This document shows positions 15,268-24,836 of a stretch of DNA of 64,000 bases, piece by piece. Each line of letters begins with the position of its first letter. Within the stretch, counting starts at the first letter, position 1. The position numbers were made by a program, and so were the translations under genes. The notes beneath the pieces are model-generated. The model did no database searches. It worked only from the letters and a program-made list of their open reading frames with translations, and was not told the origin of the DNA. The stretch comes from Clostridia bacterium (GTDB taxonomy: Bacteria > Bacillota > Clostridia > Oscillospirales > CAG-272): the NCBI GenBank assembly GCA_017463485.1, contig JAFTPD010000002.1, positions 193,870 to 257,869 on the forward strand, read 5' to 3'.

Positions 15268-17673
15268 ATGAATTTATCTATGAAATGGCTGGCGGATTTT
15301 GTCAGCGTTGAAGACGTAAAAATACACGATTTCTGCGAAGGAATGACTTATTCCGGCTCAAAGGTTGAGGGATATGAGGTCCTTGGCGACGATATTATCA
15401 ACGTAGTCGTGGCTCGCGTAAACAAGCTTGAAAGACACCCCGACTCGGATCACCTCTTTATCTGTCAGGTGGATATCGGAAGTGAGGTCTTGCAGATAGT
15501 TACAGGCGCGCAGAATCTCTTTGAAGGTGCTATCGTGCCTGCAGCTATTCCCGTAGCTCACCTCCCCGGTGATATTACGATTAAGGCAGGCAAGCTCCGC
15601 GGAGTTGAGTCTAACGGTATGCTCTGCTCTATGGGCGAGTTGAAGCTCACCTCTCACGAGTGTCCCGGTAAGGAGGAAAACGGTATTCTTATCCTTGACG
15701 ATTGCTTTGCAGATAAGCTTGGTATGGATATCCGTGAAGCACTTATGCTCAATGATACCGTCGTTGAATTTGAGATAACCTCGAACCGTCCCGATTGCCT
15801 CTCAGTTATCGGACTTGCACGTGAGGCAGCTGTTACCTTTGACCGTGAGCTCAAGCTCCACACTCCCGAGGTGAAGACTGCGGGCGACGGCGACAAGATT
15901 GAAAACTATCTGAAAGTTGGCATTGAAGCTCCCGATCTTTGCTACAGATATGCGGCTCGTATTGTTAAAAATGTTAAAATTGAGCCATCTCCCATGTGGA
16001 TGCGTATGCGTCTTAGCGCGGCAGGTGTCCGTCCTATCAACAATATCGTTGATATTACAAACTACGTAATGCTTGAATACGGTCAGCCTATGCATGCATT
16101 TGACTATACAATGCTTGACGGCTCTTCTATTCGTGTTCGCCGTGCGGCTGACGGAGAGTGCTTCCGCTCGCTTGACGATCAGGATCACGTACTTGACAGC
16201 TCTATGCTTGTTATCGCCGACGAAAAGAAAGCGTGCGCGCTTGCAGGCGTAATGGGCGGCGCAAACAGTGAGATCAAGGACAATACTACTACTGTCGTGT
16301 TTGAATCTGCTTGCTTCAAGGGTACTTCCGTGCGTGTTACTGCGAAAAAGAATAAGATGCGTACCGAGTCCTCCGCAAGATTTGAAAAGGAGCTTGATGC
16401 AGAAAACTGCTTGCCCGCTCTTGACAGAGCTTGCGAGCTGATAAATCTGCTTGGCGCGGGTGATGTGGTTGACGGTGTTATCGACTGCTATCCTACCGTC
16501 AAACCCGAGGTTAAGATCCCCTTTGAGCCTGACAAGATGAACAAGTTCCTTGGTGTTGAGCTTACCGAGGAATATATGATATCCGTGCTTGAAAAGCTGG
16601 ATTGTAAGGTTGAGGGAGGCTTCGTTTGCCCGCCCTCCTATCGCGGAGACCTGCTTTGCATGAATGATATTGCCGAGGAAATCATCCGTATTTATGGCTA
16701 CAATAATATTAATTCTACCCATATTATCGCCGAAACCACCCAGGGCGGCAGAACTGCAAAGCAGAGCTTTGAGATCGCACTTGAAAATCTGATGTACGGT
16801 ATGGGTATCAATCAGATCCACACCTTCTCCTTTATCAGCCCCAAGTATTACGACAAGATCCGCCTCCCCGAAAACGATCCTCTCCGCAACAGTGTTGTTA
16901 TTTCTAACCCTCTTGGTGAGGACACCAGCGTTATGCGTACTGTTGCCCTTCCCTCTATGCTTGAGGTGCTTGCGAGAAACAATAACTTCTCCAACGAGAA
17001 TGTGCGTCTGTTTGAAAATGCTACCGTTTATATTCCCACCGAGGATATTGAGGCACTTCCCCTTGAAAAGAAGGTGCTTACCGTCGGTATGTACGGTAAC
17101 GTTGACTTCTACGATCTCAAGGGCGTGATAGAAAACGTGCTTGAGCTTGCGGGAGTTGCAGGTGTCAAGTTTACCGCTTGCACCGACAACGCCGCTTATC
17201 ATCCCGGCAGATGTGCTTCCTTCTCTGTTCAGAAAAACGGTGAAACTGTAAATCTCGGTCTTCTCGGTCAGATCCATCCCGCAGTTGCGTCGGATTACGG
17301 ATTTGATAAGCCTGTGTTCTGCGCGTCCGTCAACTTTGACGAGCTGTGGGATGCGGCAGATATGACGATAGATTATACTCCCCTGCCCAAGTTCCCTGCC
17401 ACCACAAGAGATCTTTCCTTTATCTGTTCGAAGGATATTGAGGTGGGTGCTATTGAGGAGGTTATGGTTAAGGCAGGCGGTAAGCTTGTTGAAACGGTGG
17501 CTTTGTTTGATATTTATGAGGGTGCGAATATCGGCGAGGGTAATAAGTCGCTTGCATTCCGCGTAACACTCCGCGCCGCTGACAGAACTCTTACCGTTGA
17601 AGAAGCTGAGAAGGCTACCAAGAAGATACTCAAGGACCTTGAATATAAGCTCGGTCTTAAACTCAGAAGTTGA
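15268..17673 (+). CDS. pheT: Phenylalanine--tRNA ligase beta subunit
   Basis: 801 aa with an N-terminal tRNA-binding domain followed by B3/4, B5 and FDX-ACB-like regions. Directly follows pheS. Confidence 0.95.
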   Translation: MNLSMKWLADFVSVEDVKIHDFCEGMTYSGSKVEGYEVLGDDIINVVVARVNKLERHPDSDHLFICQVDIGSEVLQIVTGAQNLFEGAIVPAAIPVAHLPGDITIKAGKLRGVESNGMLCSMGELKLTSHECPGKEENGILILDDCFADKLGMDIREALMLNDTVVEFEITSNRPDCLSVIGLAREAAVTFDRELKLHTPEVKTAGDGDKIENYLKVGIEAPDLCYRYAARIVKNVKIEPSPMWMRMRLSAAGVRPINNIVDITNYVMLEYGQPMHAFDYTMLDGSSIRVRRAADGECFRSLDDQDHVLDSSMLVIADEKKACALAGVMGGANSEIKDNTTTVVFESACFKGTSVRVTAKKNKMRTESSARFEKELDAENCLPALDRACELINLLGAGDVVDGVIDCYPTVKPEVKIPFEPDKMNKFLGVELTEEYMISVLEKLDCKVEGGFVCPPSYRGDLLCMNDIAEEIIRIYGYNNINSTHIIAETTQGGRTAKQSFEIALENLMYGMGINQIHTFSFISPKYYDKIRLPENDPLRNSVVISNPLGEDTSVMRTVALPSMLEVLARNNNFSNENVRLFENATVYIPTEDIEALPLEKKVLTVGMYGNVDFYDLKGVIENVLELAGVAGVKFTACTDNAAYHPGRCASFSVQKNGETVNLGLLGQIHPAVASDYGFDKPVFCASVNFDELWDAADMTIDYTPLPKFPATTRDLSFICSKDIEVGAIEEVMVKAGGKLVETVALFDIYEGANIGEGNKSLAFRVTLRAADRTLTVEEAEKATKKILKDLEYKLGLKLRS

Positions 17674-17682
17674 TTTATCGCC

Positions 17683-17901
17683 ATGGAACAAAAGAAAATT
17701 GACAGAATAAACGAGCTTGCCCGTAAGGTCAAAAGCGGGCAGGCTCTGACCCCGGAGGAGCTTGCGGAGCGCGCCGAACTGCGCACCGAATATTTGCGTG
17801 AGTTCCGTGCGAGCATGACGGGTATCCTTGATAACACCGTGGTCGTCCGTCCCGACGGCACGCGGGAAAAGCTCAGCGACCAAAAAGACAAAAACCAATA
17901 A
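17683..17901 (+). CDS. DUF896/UPF0291 family small protein (YnzC-like)
   Basis: 72 aa, MEQKKIDRINELARKVKSGQALTPEELAERAELRTEYLREFRASM..., typical of this family. Confidence 0.75.
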   Translation: MEQKKIDRINELARKVKSGQALTPEELAERAELRTEYLREFRASMTGILDNTVVVRPDGTREKLSDQKDKNQ

Positions 17902-17928
17902 AAACAATTAAATAAACGGAGGCAGCCA

Positions 17929-19602
17929 ATGAAAACAGACATCCAGATCGCACAGGAAGCAAAAATGCTTCACATCACAGAAATTGCAAAGAAAATCGAC
18001 CTTCGGGATGATGAGCTCGAGCTGTACGGTAAGTACAAGGCAAAGATCACCGACGATTTTCTTAACCGTATGGCAGATAAGCCTAACGGCAAGCTGATTT
18101 TAGTTACCGCTATTAACCCCACACCTGCGGGTGAAGGCAAGACGACCACCACCGTAGGACTTGGAATGGCTATGGATAAGATCGGCAAAAATGCGATCAT
18201 TGCACTTCGTGAGCCTTCTCTCGGACCTGTTTTCGGCGTTAAAGGCGGAGCTGCGGGCGGCGGCTACGCACAGGTAGTTCCCATGGAGGATATCAACCTT
18301 CATTTTACGGGCGATTTTCACGCAATAACTGCGGCTAACAATCTGCTTTGTGCTATTATTGATAACCATCTCCAGCAAGGAAATGAGCTTAGAATCGACC
18401 AGCGCAGAATTCTTTTCTCCCGCGTTACCGATACTAACGACAGAGCCCTCCGTAATATCACCGTAGGTCTTGGCTCAAAGGCAGACGGTATTCCCCGTCA
18501 GGATCACTTTATGATCACCGTAGCAAGTGAGGTCATGGCTATTCTCTGCCTTGCCGCAGACCTTGATGACCTCAAGGAGCGACTTGGTAATATCCTCGTT
18601 GCTTATACCTACGACGGAAAGCCCGTATTCTGTCGCGACCTCAATGCAAACGGTGCAATGACAGCACTCCTCAAGGACGCGCTCAAGCCTAATCTTGTTC
18701 AGACTATTGAAAATACTCCCGCAATCATTCACGGCGGTCCATTCGCCAATATCGCTCATGGCTGTAACTCCGTAAGAGCTACCAAGCTTGCACTCAAGCT
18801 CGCGGATTATACTATCACAGAAGCAGGATTTGGCGCAGATCTGGGCGCTGAAAAGTTCCTTGATATCAAGTGCCGCGTTGCGGGGCTCAAGCCTGACTGT
18901 GTAGTTCTTGTTGCTACTGTCCGCGCGCTCAAATATAACGGTGGCGTTAAGAAGGAAGATCTCAAGGAAGAGAACCTTGACGCGCTCAAGCGCGGTGCTG
19001 TCAACCTTGAAGCACACATTGAAAACCTTCAGAAATATAAGCTCCCCGTTGTGGTTGCGCTTAACAGATTTGAAAGCGACAGTGACGCCGAGCTTGCATA
19101 TATCACACAGCTTTGTGCCGACCGTGGCGTTGAGCTTGCTCTCTCCGAGGTGTTTGCAAAGGGCGGAGATGGCGGAATTGACTTGGCACATAAGGTAGTT
19201 GCGGCATGCGAGATGCCTGCGGACTTTACCTTTATGTATACCGACGATATGTCCATCAAGGATAAGATCCGCGCGGTTGCTTCCAAAATCTACGGCGCAG
19301 ATGACGTAAACTTTGAGGCGGCTGCCGATAAGGCTATCGCCGACATCGAGGCTCTTGATCCTAAGTACACTAAATTCCCCATCTGTGTTGCAAAGACACA
19401 GTATTCCCTCTCGGATAACGCCGCGCTTCTCGGACGCCCCAGCGGCTTTAAGCTCAACGTCCGCGAGGTCAAGCTGTCTGCGGGAGCGGGATTTATCGTC
19501 GTGCTGACGGGTGCTATAATGACAATGCCCGGACTTCCCAAGAAGCCTGCCGCATTCAGCATTGATGTTGATAATAACGGAAATATTACAGGACTTTTCT
19601 AA
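17929..19602 (+). CDS. fhs: Formate--tetrahydrofolate ligase
   Basis: 557 aa, [16 protein letters not shown]...[20 protein letters not shown]... Confidence 0.95.
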   Translation: MKTDIQIAQEAKMLHITEIAKKIDLRDDELELYGKYKAKITDDFLNRMADKPNGKLILVTAINPTPAGEGKTTTTVGLGMAMDKIGKNAIIALREPSLGPVFGVKGGAAGGGYAQVVPMEDINLHFTGDFHAITAANNLLCAIIDNHLQQGNELRIDQRRILFSRVTDTNDRALRNITVGLGSKADGIPRQDHFMITVASEVMAILCLAADLDDLKERLGNILVAYTYDGKPVFCRDLNANGAMTALLKDALKPNLVQTIENTPAIIHGGPFANIAHGCNSVRATKLALKLADYTITEAGFGADLGAEKFLDIKCRVAGLKPDCVVLVATVRALKYNGGVKKEDLKEENLDALKRGAVNLEAHIENLQKYKLPVVVALNRFESDSDAELAYITQLCADRGVELALSEVFAKGGDGGIDLAHKVVAACEMPADFTFMYTDDMSIKDKIRAVASKIYGADDVNFEAAADKAIADIEALDPKYTKFPICVAKTQYSLSDNAALLGRPSGFKLNVREVKLSAGAGFIVVLTGAIMTMPGLPKKPAAFSIDVDNNGNITGLF

Positions 19603-19603
19603 T

Positions 19604-20071
19604 ATGATTTTGATAAAAGAAACGGTGACCTCCTCCGTGGAGGAAACCGAAAGTTTAGGGGCGGAGCTGGCGGCAATGCTCTCCGCTCCCGACTCCGAAT
19701 TACCTTCATATATTGCAATGTACGGTGATCTTGGCGTTGGTAAGACTGCCTTTGTTCGCGGAGTTGCATCCGTTCTTGCATCGGGGTGCATAGTAAGGTC
19801 TCCAACCTTTGCGATAGTTAACGAATATCGCGCAAAGGGGACGGCAAGCTCACTGTATCACTTTGATATGTATCGCATAACCTCGGAGGACGATCTGTAC
19901 TCCTGCGGATATGACGATTATCTTGACCGAGGCGTGTGTATCGTGGAATGGTGCGAGAATATTCCCTATGCCCTACCCGATAATTACGTTAAGGTTGTTA
20001 TTGAAAAAAACTCTGTCGAAAACGAAAATCTGCGAAAAATCACAATTTTTTGTGTTGATGAAAGGTATTGA
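19604..20071 (+). CDS. tsaE: tRNA t6A37 biosynthesis ATPase TsaE
   Basis: ORF 19562-20071. The ATG at 19604 lies 1 nt after the fhs stop. P-loop GDLGVGKT and ...SPTFAIVNEY...HFDMYR. Confidence 0.85.
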   Translation: MILIKETVTSSVEETESLGAELAAMLSAPDSELPSYIAMYGDLGVGKTAFVRGVASVLASGCIVRSPTFAIVNEYRAKGTASSLYHFDMYRITSEDDLYSCGYDDYLDRGVCIVEWCENIPYALPDNYVKVVIEKNSVENENLRKITIFCVDERY

Positions 20072-20073
20072 GT

Positions 20074-20787
20074 ATGCTTGTACTGTCACTTGATTCTACT
20101 GCTGTATCCGCATCCGTGGCAATAGTACGCGACGGCGGTTTGCTTGCGGAATATACTGTAAATACGGGACTTACTCACTCCGAAACTCTGCTTCCTATGG
20201 TAGAAGCGGTTTTGAAAATGACTCACACCGATATTGATGACGTAGACCTTTTTGCATGCAATGCAGGCCCCGGCTCGTTCACGGGTGTGCGTATCGGTGC
20301 TGCTACTGTCAAAGGCTTGGCTTTCGGTAAGAATAAGCCTTGCGTCGCTGTTTCCACGTTGGATTCACTTGCGCGGAATATTGACAACTGTAACGGTATA
20401 ATTTGTCCTGTTATGAACGCACGACGCCAGCAGGTTTACAACGCATTGTTTGAGTTGAATAACGGAATTCTTACCCGTCTGACTCCGGACCGCGCCATTG
20501 CTATTTCGGAGCTTGGCGACGAGCTTGCAACAATCAACAAGCCCGTATATTTCGTAGGCGACGGCGCAGTTATGACCTTTGATGCCTTGAACGGTAAGGG
20601 ATTTTCGACCGTTCAGCCAAACGAGCGTCTTGTCCATCAAAGCTCATATAATACAGCGGTAGTGGCACTTGAAATGTATAAAAACGGTCAATTTGTGACG
20701 GACGTTCAGCTCGCACCTACCTATCTGCGCCCATCGCAGGCAGAAAGAACACGCGCTGAAAAGCTTTTGGCGGATAGCAACGTATAA
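20074..20787 (+). CDS. tsaB: tRNA t6A37 biosynthesis protein TsaB
   Basis: MLVLSLDSTAVSASVAIV...GPGSFTGVRIG... The ATG at 20074 is just after the tsaE stop (a TTG at 20068 is an alternative). Confidence 0.85.
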   Translation: MLVLSLDSTAVSASVAIVRDGGLLAEYTVNTGLTHSETLLPMVEAVLKMTHTDIDDVDLFACNAGPGSFTGVRIGAATVKGLAFGKNKPCVAVSTLDSLARNIDNCNGIICPVMNARRQQVYNALFELNNGILTRLTPDRAIAISELGDELATINKPVYFVGDGAVMTFDALNGKGFSTVQPNERLVHQSSYNTAVVALEMYKNGQFVTDVQLAPTYLRPSQAERTRAEKLLADSNV

Positions 20788-20825
20788 AATAGGTCCACTG
20801 ATGGATTTTGAAAGGATATAGTAAT

Positions 20826-21272
20826 ATGATGACAAAGCAGATAATTATAGGATGCGATCACGGCGGTTTCGTGCTTAAAGGTCAGCTTATCAAGCACCTT
20901 CAGGAGCGCGGATTTGACGTGTGCGACATAGGCACATATTCTGCTGACTCCTGCAATTATCCCGAAATTGCCGACACGCTTTGCAAGAGAATTCAAAGCG
21001 GCGAATTTGAACGCGGCATTCTCGTTTGCGGAACGGGTATCGGTATGTCGATAGCGGCTAATAAGCACAGCGGTATACGTGCGGCGGCTTGCGAAAACAC
21101 CTTTTCTGCCCGTATGACCCGTATGCACAATGACGCAAACGTCCTTTGCCTTGGTGAGCGAGTCGTTGGCGCGGGATTGGCTTGCGATATGGTCGATCTG
21201 TTCACAGATACCGATTTTGAGGGTGGCAGACACAACGTGCGAGTCGGTATGCTCAATGACCTCGACAAATAA
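20826..21272 (+). CDS. rpiB: Ribose-5-phosphate isomerase B (RpiB/LacAB family)
   Basis: ORF 20808-21272. The ATG at 20826 follows aaagga. IIIGCDHGGF...GILVCGTGIGMSIAANK... Confidence 0.88.
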   Translation: MMTKQIIIGCDHGGFVLKGQLIKHLQERGFDVCDIGTYSADSCNYPEIADTLCKRIQSGEFERGILVCGTGIGMSIAANKHSGIRAAACENTFSARMTRMHNDANVLCLGERVVGAGLACDMVDLFTDTDFEGGRHNVRVGMLNDLDK

Positions 21273-21290
21273 TTTTGAAAGGATCTCAAT

Positions 21291-22064
21291 ATGGCAAAGA
21301 GTAATGACAAGGCTGTAAATAAAATAGCGGGAATTCTCCGTGCCATCGCGGGAAAGCCCCATCCAAAGAATTTCACTACCGCTATTATCGCGGCAGCGGG
21401 ATCGTCGGTGCGAATGGGCGGTGATACAACAAAGCAGTTCATTTTGGTGGACGGAAAGCCGGTTGTAGTGCATACCCTCTTGGCGTTTGAAGCGGCTGAA
21501 TGTATCAATGAGATAGTAGTTGTTGCCAAGGAGGACGAATGTTCCCTTTACGACGAGATCCGCGAAAAATATAATATAACAAAGCTTACACGTGCAGTAC
21601 CCGGCGGCAATACACGTCAGGAGTCAACGCGAATTGGCTCGGATGCGGTAGATAAGCGCGCTAAGTTCGTTGCTATTGCGGACGGCGCAAGATGCCTTGT
21701 TACTCCCGAGGAGATAGATAAGGTCTGCCACGCGGCTTATCAGTGGCGAGCGGCGACGGCGGCTATAAAGGCGACAGATACCGTCAAAATAGCTGACAAA
21801 TCGGGATTTATTGAATATACTCCCGAGCGAAAGTACACGTGGCAGGCTCAAACCCCGCAGGTTTTTGCTACTAACGTATATCGTACCGCGGCTTATGCCT
21901 GTCGTGACGAGGGATTTGAGGCAACTGACGACAATCAGCTTGCCGAGCATATCCACATTCCCGTCAAGCTTGTTGAATGCTCAAAGGAGAATATCAAGAT
22001 CACCGAGCCCTCGGATATTACCTATGCCGAGCTTGTTCTCCAAAGACGCAAATTAAAGGAGTAA
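21291..22064 (+). CDS. ispD: 2-C-methyl-D-erythritol 4-phosphate cytidylyltransferase
   Basis: ...AIIAAAGSSVRMGGDTTKQF..., with a roughly 28-aa N-terminal extension relative to typical IspD. Confidence 0.88.
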   Translation: MAKSNDKAVNKIAGILRAIAGKPHPKNFTTAIIAAAGSSVRMGGDTTKQFILVDGKPVVVHTLLAFEAAECINEIVVVAKEDECSLYDEIREKYNITKLTRAVPGGNTRQESTRIGSDAVDKRAKFVAIADGARCLVTPEEIDKVCHAAYQWRAATAAIKATDTVKIADKSGFIEYTPERKYTWQAQTPQVFATNVYRTAAYACRDEGFEATDDNQLAEHIHIPVKLVECSKENIKITEPSDITYAELVLQRRKLKE

Positions 22065-22067
22065 GCT

Positions 22068-22553
22068 ATGAGTGAATATAGAATCGGACACGGATATGAC
22101 GTTCACCGCCTTGCTTTCGACCGCAAGCTTATCGTTGGCGGAGTGGATATTCCCTTTGATAAGGGCTTGCTCGGTCATTCGGATGCCGACGTGCTTACTC
22201 ACGCTGTAATGGATGCTGTGATCGGCGCTCTTGCCCTTGGCGATATCGGAAAGCTGTTTCCCGATAACGACGAAGCCTACAAAGGCGCTGACAGTATTCT
22301 GCTTGCAAAGCAGGTCTGTGCCGTTATGAGAGAGCGCGGTTATAGGGTCGGAAACATTGATGCGACAGTTATTGCCCAAGCGCCTAAAATGTCACCTCAT
22401 ATCGAAAATATGCGAAGAAATCTTGCGTGTGCTTTTGATACCGATATTTCAAACGTCAGTGTTAAAGCCACTACGGAGGAAAAGCTGGGCTTTACGGGAA
22501 CGGGCGAAGGCATATCCGCTCACGCGGTATGTATCCTCGTAACCGATAAATAA
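22068..22553 (+). CDS. ispF: 2-C-methyl-D-erythritol 2,4-cyclodiphosphate synthase
   Basis: [46 protein letters not shown]... Confidence 0.95.
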   Translation: MSEYRIGHGYDVHRLAFDRKLIVGGVDIPFDKGLLGHSDADVLTHAVMDAVIGALALGDIGKLFPDNDEAYKGADSILLAKQVCAVMRERGYRVGNIDATVIAQAPKMSPHIENMRRNLACAFDTDISNVSVKATTEEKLGFTGTGEGISAHAVCILVTDK

Positions 22554-22710
22554 AAAGGGCGCGCTTGCGCACGCCCACAAGTATTTCGTATCGCCGTCCT
22601 GTGTTTTACTTCCCTGTTTTTCGACATATTACGGCGACAGAAATACGCTCTATACCACATAATATGACATAACTCGAAAAGTTTACACAATTCTTTTAAG
22701 AAAGGTTGGT

Positions 22711-23388
22711 ATGTTTATGATATACGTTGCTCCATCATTGCTTGCGGCAGATTTTTCTGATCTGAAAGGTGAAATATCCCGCATTGAAGCCGCAGGGGCA
22801 AATTATCTCCACCTTGACGTTATGGACGGTCATTTTGTTCCAAACATCAGCTTTGGCGCGGGCTTGATATCATCTATAAGACGGCATACACAGATCTATT
22901 TTGATGTACATCTTATGATAAGCGATCCCCTTCGTTACGCTGATGATTTTATTCGCGCGGGGGCTGATATAATTACCTTCCATTACGAAAGTGTTAAAGA
23001 TCCAATGGAAACGCTGCGCGCTATCAAGGCGAAGCATATCCGTTGCGGAATTGCCATCTCTCCCCAAACTCCCGCAGAGGTATTGTATCCCTTTGTCACA
23101 GAAGCAGATATGCTGCTTATTATGACGGTAGAGCCGGGATTTGGCGGTCAGTCGCTTATCCCCGAATGTCTTGACAAGGCTACCGCTCTTCGCCGTCGTG
23201 CCAATAGCTTGGGTGTCAAAATTGATATTGAAGCTGACGGAGGCATAAACGCGGATAACGCGGGAAGCGTTATAGCGTCGGGTGTAAATATTCTCGTTGC
23301 AGGCTCGTCCATATTCAAATCTAAAAAGCCGCGCACGGTTATACAGACCATGCGTGCGTCTGAAGAAACACATCCCTTTATCGGCTGA
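22711..23388 (+). CDS. rpe: Ribulose-phosphate 3-epimerase
   Basis: ...APSLLAADFSDLKGEI...LHLDVMDGHFVPNISFG... Confidence 0.93.
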   Translation: MFMIYVAPSLLAADFSDLKGEISRIEAAGANYLHLDVMDGHFVPNISFGAGLISSIRRHTQIYFDVHLMISDPLRYADDFIRAGADIITFHYESVKDPMETLRAIKAKHIRCGIAISPQTPAEVLYPFVTEADMLLIMTVEPGFGGQSLIPECLDKATALRRRANSLGVKIDIEADGGINADNAGSVIASGVNILVAGSSIFKSKKPRTVIQTMRASEETHPFIG

Positions 23389-23400
23389 TAAACATAAAGC

Positions 23401-23431
23401 GGGGAGAAACCGTTTGAACGAGTTTCTCCCC
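23401..23431. terminator. Hairpin between convergent rpe and hisS
   Basis: Arms ggggagaaac (23401-23410) and gtttctcccc (23422-23431). There is no strong T-tract on either side. Confidence 0.55.
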
Positions 23432-23443
23432 AAATTAATAATA

Positions 23444-24715
23444 TCAGAACGCGGTGTCTATCTGGTCGGGATAGCGGATATCAATGAATTTAGTGTATCC
23501 GTCCGCCTCAAGCTTTTGCTTCTGGAAGCCTACGTTCTTGTTCATCTTTTGCACCAGAACTATCTTTCCGCCCTCGCGAAGCCGACGGCACTTGTTCTGA
23601 ATGGCTGCAACGTCAGCAGACTCAAAGGACTTTCCGTACAGTACAGCGATCTTTTCACGGCTGTCGGGAGCTTTGAATTTCTTTTCCAAAAGCGCGCCAA
23701 CTATACGCTCAAAGCCGATAGAAAATCCGCAAGCGCAAGTCGGATTACCCGTAAAGTTACCGATCATATTGTCGTATCTGCCACCGCCCGCTATGGACGA
23801 GCCCTTGAAATCCTCGGATTTTATCTCAAAGATAGTACCCGTATAGTAAGACATTCCGCGCACCAGCGTGGGATCGAAGGAAAGCTTGAATTTACCGCCC
23901 GACATTGTGGCTACGTTGTTGAAAATCTGACGAAGGTTGTCGGCAACGCCCTCCTCCATGGCATCACCAAATGCCTCCTCGGCATAGGTAAATCTGTCCT
24001 CGGCATTCATAAAACCGTGGAAAAGATCCATGTAAGCGTTTACACATTTCTCGGCATACCCTGCTTCAATCAGCTCGGCGCGCACGCCTTCCTCGCCAAT
24101 CTTGTCATATTTGTCAAGGATAATGAATACTCGCGAGTATTCTTCCTCGGCGAATCCGCTTTTCTTAGCCATACCCTTGAGCACGCGGCGGTCGTTTATC
24201 ATAACGGTATTCCCGCTGACACCGACGCTGTCAAGAAAGAGCGAGGTGACGTAGATAAGCTCGCTTTCTGCGTTGTTAGTGGGATCTCCGAGAATATCAA
24301 TGTCGCACTGAGTAAACTGACGGAATCTGCCCTTCTGCGGACGGTCTGCTCTCCACACCGAGCCCACCTGCAAAGCCTTAAAGGGCATGGGAAGATTTCC
24401 TGCGTTGTTTGCATAGTAACGTGACAGCGGAACGGTAAGGTCGTAACGCATGCCCGAGTCTGCAAGCTCGTCGGGATTTGACAAATCCGCCTCGCTCAGC
24501 TTTTCACCTCTTTTGAGCACCTTGAAAATGAGCTTCTCATTTTCGCCGCCCTGCTTGTTAGTGAGGTTTTCTATTCTTTCCATACAGGGAGTTTCGATCT
24601 GCGTAAATCCAAACGAGGTATAGATATTTTTGAGCCTGCTTTGCAGATACTCGCGTATCTCCATCTCCGCAGGCAGAATATCGCGCATTCCCTTTACGGT
24701 TTCTTTAATAAACAT
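23444..24715 (-). CDS. hisS: Histidine--tRNA ligase
   Basis: 423 aa with class II motifs, including ...GGGRYDNMIG..., and a C-terminal anticodon-binding domain. This distinguishes it from hisZ at 43789. Confidence 0.92.
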   Translation of the reverse strand: MFIKETVKGMRDILPAEMEIREYLQSRLKNIYTSFGFTQIETPCMERIENLTNKQGGENEKLIFKVLKRGEKLSEADLSNPDELADSGMRYDLTVPLSRYYANNAGNLPMPFKALQVGSVWRADRPQKGRFRQFTQCDIDILGDPTNNAESELIYVTSLFLDSVGVSGNTVMINDRRVLKGMAKKSGFAEEEYSRVFIILDKYDKIGEEGVRAELIEAGYAEKCVNAYMDLFHGFMNAEDRFTYAEEAFGDAMEEGVADNLRQIFNNVATMSGGKFKLSFDPTLVRGMSYYTGTIFEIKSEDFKGSSIAGGGRYDNMIGNFTGNPTCACGFSIGFERIVGALLEKKFKAPDSREKIAVLYGKSFESADVAAIQNKCRRLREGGKIVLVQKMNKNVGFQKQKLEADGYTKFIDIRYPDQIDTAF

Positions 24716-24836
24716 TGATTTTTGTCATCCTTTCAGATAATTCGCTTTTTACCGTATTAGTATAACATACTTTTTCCCATTTTGCAATACCAACTTTGAA
24801 TTTTTATCAATATATTACATAAAATCGGAGATTTTT

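Noticed and set aside
15802-17907. 701-aa minus-strand ORF antisense to pheT and the DUF896 gene.
   Set aside because: This is the same register-locked artefact (15802-15268 and 17683-15268 are multiples of 3). pheT is clearly the real gene.
18475-19791. 438-aa minus-strand ORF antisense to fhs and tsaE.
   Set aside because: It is register-locked with fhs (offset 546 nt, a multiple of 3), and fhs is unambiguous.
23297-24424. 375-aa plus-strand ORF overlapping the rpe end and hisS.
   Set aside because: It is register-locked antisense to hisS (offset 147 nt), and hisS carries class II aaRS motifs. The same reasoning applies to 55620-56510, 49889-50707, 57681-58481, 20721-21473, 6769-7416, 59623-60228 and 34910-35503.
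24716-24836. A search for T-box leaders upstream of hisS, and likewise upstream of glyQS (10953-11226) and tyrS (12625-12645).
   Set aside because: The spacers are too short, and no GGTGGTACC-like T-box sequence or terminator/antiterminator pair is present. Only the pheS leader qualifies.
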